Origin: Candidatus Saccharimonadota bacterium | GTDB taxonomy: Bacteria > Bacteroidota > Bacteroidia > Flavobacteriales > Blattabacteriaceae | Assembly (NCBI RefSeq): GCF_024818015.1 | Contig: NZ_CP093908.1 | Location: 90,001 to 122,000 of the forward strand | Direction of reading: 5' to 3' | DNA: 32,000 nt | In this document: positions 25,599-32,000 of the stretch, in pieces | Numbering within the stretch: the stretch's first letter is position 1 | How the letters are laid out: each line of letters opens with the position of its first letter | Position numbers and translations under genes: made by a program | The notes under the pieces: model-generated | Seen by the model: only the letters and a program-made list of their open reading frames with translations | What the model was told of the DNA's origin: nothing | Databases searched by the model: none

Positions 25599-28076
25599 AT
25601 GTTATTACATAATCTTGAAAATGAATCTAAAAAAAATAATTATTCATATTATGAATCATCAGATTTTAAACCTTTAATTGAAAAATACAATAGAATTAAA
25701 TATTCTGTAACAGAATATATATATATACTTACTGTAAAAAATGTAGTTTTCTTTCCAGATGTAGTAATACCTATTACAGCTGTAAAACAAAAATCAATTA
25801 ATTTATTTAAATCTGCATATTCTACTTATAAAAAAATTGGAATTTTAACTAAACAATATTTTAATACTACATTTAATATTGCTAAATTCAATATTCCATC
25901 CCTCTCTCTCTATTCATTTAATAAACAGATATTTTCTAATAGCAAGACTAAAGACATATATTATATAGGTACAGTAGCTAAAATATTAAAATTCTTAATA
26001 ATGCCTGATGGTAATACTACGGTAATATTACAAGGGATTAGTAGATTTAAAATCATTAAACTAATACAAGTTTATCCTTATTTTAAGGCTGAAATAATAT
26101 ATTTAAAAGACGAAAAGCCCCAAAAAAAAGATAAAGAATATCTAATATTAATAGATTCTATTAAAGAAATAGCAATAAAAATTATACAAGATAATTATAA
26201 TCTTCCTTCAGAATCTAGTTTTGCAATTAGTAATATAGAAAGTAAATCATTTCTTATAAATTTTGTTGCATCTAATCTTAATATAGAAATTAAGAATAAA
26301 CAAATTCTTTTAGAATATGATTTTCTTAAACAAAGGGCAATAGAAACTTTTCGTTTTCTAAATATAGAATATGAAAAAATTAAACTAAAAAACGAGATTC
26401 AATCTCGTGTTAGATATGATATTGATCAACAACAAAAAGAATATTTTTTAAATCAACAAATAAAAGCTCTTCAAGAAGAATTAGGAGATTTTTCATATGA
26501 AAAAGAAGTAGAGGTATTAAGAATTAAATCATATAAAAAGAATTGGTCTAAAGAAGCTCAAAAGAAATTTGATAGAGAATTAAGTAAATTTCAACGTACT
26601 AATCCACAAATGCCGGAGTATACAATATTACGTAATTATTTAGATTTAATGTTAGATTTACCCTGGAAAAAGTATTCTCAAGATAATTATGATTTATACC
26701 GTGCACAAAAAATCCTTGATAAGGATCATTTTGGAATTGAGAAAGTGAAAGAAAGAATAATAGAATATTTATCTGTTCTAAAACTTAAAGGAGATCTTAG
26801 ATCACCTATACTTTGTTTTTATGGACCGCCAGGTGTAGGGAAAACTTCTTTAGGAAGATCAATTGCTTCTGCATTAAATAGAAAATATGTTCGGATCTCT
26901 TTAGGAGGATTAAATGATGAAGCTGAAATTAGGGGACATAGAAAAACTTATATAGGTGCTATGCCTGGAAGAGTATTACAATCAATAAAAAAAGCTGGAA
27001 CATCTAATCCTGTGTTTGTATTAGATGAAATTGATAAAATGGGACTAGGGTCTCAAGGAAATCCTTCTTCGGCAATGTTAGAAGTTTTAGATCCAGAGCA
27101 AAATCAAGAATTTTATGATAATTTTCTTGAAATGGGATATGATTTATCTAAAGTCATTTTTATTGCTACAGCCAATTCACTTTATACAATAAATATTGCT
27201 TTATTAGATAGAATGGAAATTATAGATATGAATGGATATACTGTTGAAGAAAAAATCGAAATTTCTAAAAAACATTTAATTCCTAAACAATTAAAAGAAA
27301 ATGGCTTAAAAAGCCAGGATATTATTTTAGGTGTAAAACAAATTGAAAAAATTATTGAAAGTTATACTAGAGAATCAGGGGTAAGATCTCTTGAAAAGAA
27401 GATTTCAAAAATTGTAAGATATGCTGCTAAAAATATTGCGATGAATAAAAAATATTTAAAACGTATAAATATGTCAAAAATAGAAGAAGTATTAGGACCA
27501 CCTAATGATCCTGAGAGATATGAATTTATTAAAGTCCCCGGAGTAGTTACTGGATTAGCTTGGACTATTGTAGGAGGAGAGATTATATATATAGAATCAA
27601 CCTTACTGAAAGGAAGTGGTAACTTGAGTATAACAGGAAATGTAGGAGAGGTAATGAAAGAATCTGCCACTATAGCTTTCAAGTATATAAAAGCTCATAA
27701 TTATGAGTTTGGAATAGATGAAAAAATGTTTGAATTGTATAACATACATATTCATGCTCCAGAAGGTGGAGTCCATAAAGATGGCCCTTCTGCTGGAATA
27801 ACTATGTTAACTTCTATAATATCTAGTTTTTTGAAAAAAAAAATACGTCCGTATTTAGCAATGACTGGTGAAATTACCCTTAGAGGAAAGGTACTTCCTG
27901 TTGGAGGGATTAAAGAAAAAATATTAGCAGCAAAAAGAGCTAATATAAAAGAAATTATTCTATCAAAAGCAAATAAAAAGGATATTTATGATATAAAAAA
28001 AGTTTATTTAAAAGGACTAAAATTTAATTTTGTTAGTAAAATGAATGAAGTTATAGATTTATCTATTATAAAATAA
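25599..28076 (+). CDS. lon: ATP-dependent Lon protease
   Basis: About 825 aa. Walker A GPPGVGKTS, Walker B FVLDEIDK, catalytic Ser in KDGPSAGIT, and Lys in GGIKEKILAAKRA. The first ATG is at 25599. The ORF track starts 2 codons earlier at a TTG. Confidence 0.95.
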   Translation: MLLHNLENESKKNNYSYYESSDFKPLIEKYNRIKYSVTEYIYILTVKNVVFFPDVVIPITAVKQKSINLFKSAYSTYKKIGILTKQYFNTTFNIAKFNIPSLSLYSFNKQIFSNSKTKDIYYIGTVAKILKFLIMPDGNTTVILQGISRFKIIKLIQVYPYFKAEIIYLKDEKPQKKDKEYLILIDSIKEIAIKIIQDNYNLPSESSFAISNIESKSFLINFVASNLNIEIKNKQILLEYDFLKQRAIETFRFLNIEYEKIKLKNEIQSRVRYDIDQQQKEYFLNQQIKALQEELGDFSYEKEVEVLRIKSYKKNWSKEAQKKFDRELSKFQRTNPQMPEYTILRNYLDLMLDLPWKKYSQDNYDLYRAQKILDKDHFGIEKVKERIIEYLSVLKLKGDLRSPILCFYGPPGVGKTSLGRSIASALNRKYVRISLGGLNDEAEIRGHRKTYIGAMPGRVLQSIKKAGTSNPVFVLDEIDKMGLGSQGNPSSAMLEVLDPEQNQEFYDNFLEMGYDLSKVIFIATANSLYTINIALLDRMEIIDMNGYTVEEKIEISKKHLIPKQLKENGLKSQDIILGVKQIEKIIESYTRESGVRSLEKKISKIVRYAAKNIAMNKKYLKRINMSKIEEVLGPPNDPERYEFIKVPGVVTGLAWTIVGGEIIYIESTLLKGSGNLSITGNVGEVMKESATIAFKYIKAHNYEFGIDEKMFELYNIHIHAPEGGVHKDGPSAGITMLTSIISSFLKKKIRPYLAMTGEITLRGKVLPVGGIKEKILAAKRANIKEIILSKANKKDIYDIKKVYLKGLKFNFVSKMNEVIDLSIIK

Positions 28077-28081
28077 AACAT

Positions 28082-29275
28082 ATGAAAAACTATATAAATT
28101 TCCATGATCTTACAAAAAGATATGGAACTCCACTTTATGTATATGATGCCAATAAAATAGAATTTCAATATAAATTGATTAAAAAATATTTTTTTTATAT
28201 AGAAAATTTAAAAATAAATTATGCTTGTAAAGCAAATACAAATATAAGTATATTAAAATTTTTCAAAAAATTAGGTAGTGGATTAGATACTGTTTCTATC
28301 CAAGAAGTAGAAATAGGATTAAAAGCTGGTTTTAAACCCAAAGAAATTATATATACACCTAATGGTGTTTCTTTATCAGAAATAAAAAAAGCAATAAAAG
28401 CTGGTGTTCTAATTAACATAGATAATTTATCTCTTTTAGAACAAATAGGTCATACTAATTATCCTCTAGGAATTAGAATAACCCCCAATATTATGGGGGG
28501 TGGAAATCAAAAAATTTCTGTAGGTCATATAAATTCAAAATTTGGAATATCATATTATCAATTACCTCATATTAAAAGAATTGTTGAAAATACTGGTATT
28601 AAAGTTGAAGGAATACATATGCATACCGGTTCTGATATTATAGATCTTGAAGTGTTTTTACAAGGAGCTGATATTTTATTAAACGTAGCTAGTTCTTTCA
28701 ATGAACTGAAATATATAGATTTTGGTAGTGGATTTAAAATACCATATCATAAAAATGATACAAAAACAGATCTAGATATGTTAGGTGTTTTTTTTAAAAA
28801 CAAAATTTCAAGAGTTTGTAAAAAAATCCAAATTTTGTTTGAACCTGGCAAATTTTTAGTTAGTGAATCAGGTTATTTTATAGTAAAGGTTAATGTGATT
28901 AAACATACAACTTCTACTGTATTTGCTTGTGTTGATTCTGGATTTAATCATTTCATACGTCCCATGTTTTATGATTCATATCATCAGATAGATAATATTT
29001 CAAATCCATCAGGAAAATTACGTTTTTATACTGTAGTAGGATATATCTGTGAATCTGATACATTTTGTGTTAATAGAAAAATTAATGAAATAAGAGAAGG
29101 AGATCTATTATGTTTTAGAAATGCAGGAGCTTATTGTTTTTCTATGTCATCTAACTATAATTCTCGTTATAGACCTTCTGAAGTTATTATTTATAATAAT
29201 AAAGATTTTCTTATTAGAAGAAGAGAAAATATGCAAGATTTACTAAAAAAAATGATTGAAATAGATATAGGATAG
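28082..29275 (+). CDS. lysA: diaminopimelate decarboxylase
   Basis: 397 aa. Motifs YGTPLYVYD, the PLP-lysine region NYACKANTN, HMHTGS, and EPGKFLV, with a CESD-type segment (GYICESDTF). The last 6 nt, including TAG, lie inside tRNA-Ser. Confidence 0.93.
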   Translation: MKNYINFHDLTKRYGTPLYVYDANKIEFQYKLIKKYFFYIENLKINYACKANTNISILKFFKKLGSGLDTVSIQEVEIGLKAGFKPKEIIYTPNGVSLSEIKKAIKAGVLINIDNLSLLEQIGHTNYPLGIRITPNIMGGGNQKISVGHINSKFGISYYQLPHIKRIVENTGIKVEGIHMHTGSDIIDLEVFLQGADILLNVASSFNELKYIDFGSGFKIPYHKNDTKTDLDMLGVFFKNKISRVCKKIQILFEPGKFLVSESGYFIVKVNVIKHTTSTVFACVDSGFNHFIRPMFYDSYHQIDNISNPSGKLRFYTVVGYICESDTFCVNRKINEIREGDLLCFRNAGAYCFSMSSNYNSRYRPSEVIIYNNKDFLIRRRENMQDLLKKMIEIDIG

Positions 29276-29355
29276 ATGGCAGAGTGGTCTATTGCTGCGG
29301 TCTTGAAAACCGTTGGGTGTAAAAAACTCCGGGGGTTCAAATCCCTCTCTATCCG
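29270..29355 (+). tRNA. tRNA-Ser (anticodon TGA), type II with long variable arm
   Basis: Hand-folded: acceptor GGATAGA/TCTATCC, anticodon stem GCGGT/ACCGT with loop CTTGAAA, long variable arm (TGGGTGTAAAAAACTCCG), T arm GGGGG-TTCAAAT-CCCTC, discriminator G. Confidence 0.88.
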
Positions 29356-29370
29356 CTAAAATATTTAATA

Positions 29371-30441
29371 ATGGCAGGTAATAATTTTGGAAAATTATTT
29401 AGAGTTACTACTTTTGGTGAAAGTCATGGATATGCATTAGGAGGTATAATAGATGGATGTCCCTCAGGATTAAAATTAAATTTTGAAGAAATAAATAATG
29501 AATTAAATCGTAGAAAACCTGGGCAATCTTCAATTGTTACTCAAAGAAAAGAATCAGATGAAGTGATATTTTTATCAGGTATATTTAATGGTTTCACTAC
29601 AGGTACTCCTATTGGATTCATAATAAAAAATAAAGATCATAATTCAAAAGATTATTTTAATATAAAAGATATATATCGCCCATCTCATTCTGATTTTACA
29701 TATTATAAAAAATATGGTATAAGAGATTATAGAGGGGGAGGGAGATCTTCTGCACGAGAAACAGTATCTCGTGTAGTTGCTGGTGCAATAGCTAAACAAT
29801 TATTAAAAATTTATAATATTTTTATAAAAGCCTATGTTTCCTCTATAGGAAACTTAATTTTAAGTGATAATTATAATCAACTTGATCTCTCTAAAATAGA
29901 GTATACACCTATACGTTGTCCTGATAGAAAATTATCAGAAAAAATGATAGATTCTATTAATAATATCCGTAAAAAAGGAGATACTCTAGGAGGGATAATT
30001 ACTTGTCATATAAAAAATGTACCTATTGGTATAGGTGAACCAGTTTTTGATAAACTTCATGCTGAATTAGGGAAAGCTATGCTGTCTATAAATGCTGTAA
30101 AAGTATTTGAATATGGGAGCGGATTTGTTGGAACAAAAATTAAAGGATCTAATCATAATGATCTATTTACTAATAATGAAACTACTAAAACAAATTTTTC
30201 TGGAGGAACACAAGGTGGATTATCTAATGGTATGGATATTTATTTCAACGTAGGATTTAAACCAGTAGCTACTATTATGAATAAGCAAAAAAGTATAGAT
30301 ATTAATTTTTTTAAAAAAAAGATTTTGGTAAAAGGTCGTCATGATCCTTGTGTTTTACCTAGAGCTGTTCCTATTGTAGAGGCTATGTCTGCATTAGTTT
30401 TATATGATAATATGCTTAATAATAGAGTATCTAAAATTTAA
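29371..30441 (+). CDS. aroC: chorismate synthase
   Basis: 356 aa. Motifs [37 protein letters not shown], and GRHDPCV. Confidence 0.95.
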   Translation: MAGNNFGKLFRVTTFGESHGYALGGIIDGCPSGLKLNFEEINNELNRRKPGQSSIVTQRKESDEVIFLSGIFNGFTTGTPIGFIIKNKDHNSKDYFNIKDIYRPSHSDFTYYKKYGIRDYRGGGRSSARETVSRVVAGAIAKQLLKIYNIFIKAYVSSIGNLILSDNYNQLDLSKIEYTPIRCPDRKLSEKMIDSINNIRKKGDTLGGIITCHIKNVPIGIGEPVFDKLHAELGKAMLSINAVKVFEYGSGFVGTKIKGSNHNDLFTNNETTKTNFSGGTQGGLSNGMDIYFNVGFKPVATIMNKQKSIDINFFKKKILVKGRHDPCVLPRAVPIVEAMSALVLYDNMLNNRVSKI

Positions 30442-30442
30442 A

Positions 30443-32000
30443 ATGGAAAAAGGAAAAATTAAAGTAACAGTAGAAGATATTTTTCCTGTTATTAAAAAAT
30501 TTTTATATTCAGATAATGAAATTTTCATAAGAGAGCTTGTTTCTAATGCAACTGACGCTATTTTAAAATTAAAAACTTTGATAAATTTAGGAAAAATTAA
30601 GAAAAAAATAGATGATTTAATAATAGAAATTGTCATAGACAAGGAAAATAAAATTTTAAAAATTATAGATAATGGGATTGGAATGACTAAAAAAGAAGTA
30701 AAAAAATATATTAATCAAATTGCTTTTTCAGGTGCCGAAGAATTTTTAAGAAAATATAAAGATAAAAATAATGAATATATAATTGGGAATTTTGGATTAG
30801 GATTTTATTCATCTTTTATGGTTTCTGATAAGGTGGAAATAATATCTAAATCTTATAAAGATTCTGAAGATGCCATACATTGGATATGTGATGGAACTAC
30901 TAATTTTTCTATTAAAAATATAGCAATTACTGGATCAGGGACTGAAATAAGACTTCATATTAATGATAGTTCTAAAGAATTTTTAGAAGAAAATAAAATA
31001 AAAGAATTACTAATTAAATACTGTAAATTTATGCCTATTCCTATAAAATTAGGAGAACGTGAAGTAAATAACCCATACCCGATATGGAAAAAAAATCCAA
31101 TAAATGTAAAAGATGAAGAATATCTAAATTTTTATAAAGAACTTTATCCACTGCAAATTGCAGATCCTTTATTTTGGATCCACTTAAATATAGATCATCC
31201 TTTTAACCTTACTGGTGTCCTTTTTTTTCCAAAAATTAAAAATCAAATAGAAATCCAAAGAGATAAGATACAATTATATAAAAATCAAGTATATGTTACA
31301 GATAATTTAGAAGGAATAGTACCAGATTTTCTTAATCTTTTAAAAGGTGTAATTGATTCTCCAGATATTCCACTTAATGTATCTAGATCTTATCTTCAAT
31401 CAGAGTCATCTGTAAAAAAAATTTCAGGTTATATTACAAGAAAAGTAGCAGAGAAGCTTGAAAATATGTGTAAAAATAATCGTGAAGATTTTGAAAAAAA
31501 TTGGGAGGATATCAAAATAATTATAGAATATGGAATGATTAGCGACTCAAATTTTTATTCAAAAGCAAAAAAATTTGCTTTATATCCTGATATAAATAAT
31601 CAATATTTTCTATTAGAAGAATATATAAAAAAAGCAAATAAATTGAAAAATAATAAAATTATTGGTTTCTATACTTCTAACATAGAAAATCAAAATTCTT
31701 ATATAGAAACAATAAAAAATAAAGGATATATAATCTTATTACTAGATAGTCCTATTGTTGGCCATTTACTACAAAAAATAGAAATGGATTATAAAAATCT
31801 AAATTTTTTTAGAGTAGATTCAGATCAAATAGATAAAATTTTAAAAAATGAAAATCAGAAAAATCTTTATTCAAAAGAAAAAACAAAGATTTTAGAAAAT
31901 CTGTTAAAACAAAATATTGACAATAATAAATTTCTAATAAAAATAGAAGATTTATCTGATTTTTCATTACCATTTATTATAACTGTTCCTGAATTTATTA
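30443..32000 (+). CDS. htpG: molecular chaperone HtpG (Hsp90), 5' part, truncated by the window end
   Basis: ATG at 30443, 1 nt after the aroC stop. The frame stays open by my hand translation for 519 codons to the window edge. GHKL ATPase motifs are IFIRELVSNATDA, DNGIGMT, and IGNFGLGFYSSFMV, followed by PLNVSRSYLQ. It is absent from the ORF track because it has no stop in the window. Confidence 0.93.
   Translation, partial: MEKGKIKVTVEDIFPVIKKFLYSDNEIFIRELVSNATDAILKLKTLINLGKIKKKIDDLIIEIVIDKENKILKIIDNGIGMTKKEVKKYINQIAFSGAEEFLRKYKDKNNEYIIGNFGLGFYSSFMVSDKVEIISKSYKDSEDAIHWICDGTTNFSIKNIAITGSGTEIRLHINDSSKEFLEENKIKELLIKYCKFMPIPIKLGEREVNNPYPIWKKNPINVKDEEYLNFYKELYPLQIADPLFWIHLNIDHPFNLTGVLFFPKIKNQIEIQRDKIQLYKNQVYVTDNLEGIVPDFLNLLKGVIDSPDIPLNVSRSYLQSESSVKKISGYITRKVAEKLENMCKNNREDFEKNWEDIKIIIEYGMISDSNFYSKAKKFALYPDINNQYFLLEEYIKKANKLKNNKIIGFYTSNIENQNSYIETIKNKGYIILLLDSPIVGHLLQKIEMDYKNLNFFRVDSDQIDKILKNENQKNLYSKEKTKILENLLKQNIDNNKFLIKIEDLSDFSLPFIITVPEFI

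Noticed and set aside
25902-25911. (CT)5 microsatellite inside lon (encodes SLSLY)
   Set aside because: It is short, in frame, and has no second copy or flanking structure. It is noted only because it is compositionally odd for this genome.
27362-27682. 106-aa minus-strand ORF antisense to lon
   Set aside because: It lies opposite the conserved Lon region between the AAA+ and protease domains, has no independent signal, and is a typical shadow ORF.
28219-28419. 66-aa minus-strand ORF antisense to lysA
   Set aside because: It is a shadow ORF inside a conserved CDS and is short, with no motif.
30400-30642. 80-aa minus-strand ORF spanning the aroC end and htpG start
   Set aside because: It is antisense to two strongly supported genes, with a low-complexity sequence.
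1-32000. Alternative genetic code (TGA as Trp, as in some tiny symbionts and Mollicutes)
   Set aside because: TGA terminates carA, argF', and trpG at positions consistent with full-length proteins. All conserved genes translate full-length with the standard code, with no internal TGA.
1-32000. Searched for CRISPR arrays, IS/transposase or integrase genes, phage or defence genes, toxin-antitoxin pairs, rRNA/tmRNA/RNase P RNA, and any gene-sized unannotated gap that could hide a novel system
   Set aside because: None was found. The largest non-coding stretches are 21-57 nt. Every long ORF has a confident housekeeping or biosynthetic assignment, and the only non-trivial repeat is the 23/29-nt tRNA-junction duplication.

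Overview
The window is extremely A+T-rich and almost gap-free, and the four tRNA genes are the only G+C-rich islands. It reads as core genome of a highly reduced Bacteroidota (Flavobacteriia-derived) insect nutritional endosymbiont. Gene content and order fit 'Candidatus Sulcia (Karelsulcia) muelleri' or a close relative, but that is recognition by eye, not a search result. The standard code applies, since TGA terminates carA, argF', and trpG. From left to right, the genes are: an M42-like peptidase 3' end, rbfA(-), mnmE, and tRNA-Val. These are followed by a 14.5 kb block with no intergenic nucleotides: dnaE, GNAT::argG fusion, argC, argD, carA, carB, argF' (acyl-ornithine-type transcarbamylase), argB, and argE-like. 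Then come tRNA-Asp(+) and tRNA-Lys(-), aroK, tilS, the complete trp operon on the minus strand (trpE-G-D-C-F::B-A), a NifS/IscS-like cysteine desulfurase, lon, lysA, tRNA-Ser, aroC, and the 5' 519 codons of htpG. I see no mobile elements, CRISPR, defence genes, toxin-antitoxin pairs, or unexplained gene-sized gaps. I therefore do not think a novel multi-gene system is hidden here. The points worth a second look are structural. Two gene fusions are present (GNAT::ArgG and TrpF::TrpB). The arginine route is Bacteroidota-type and acylated, with an ambiguous acyl-specificity position. Two protein genes have stop codons lying inside downstream tRNA genes. A 23/29-bp tandem duplication sits at the convergent tRNA-Asp/tRNA-Lys junction. 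Two divergent genes start 3 bp apart. A11-A12 homopolymers sit inside essential CDSs. All six antisense ORFs in the supplied track look spurious.
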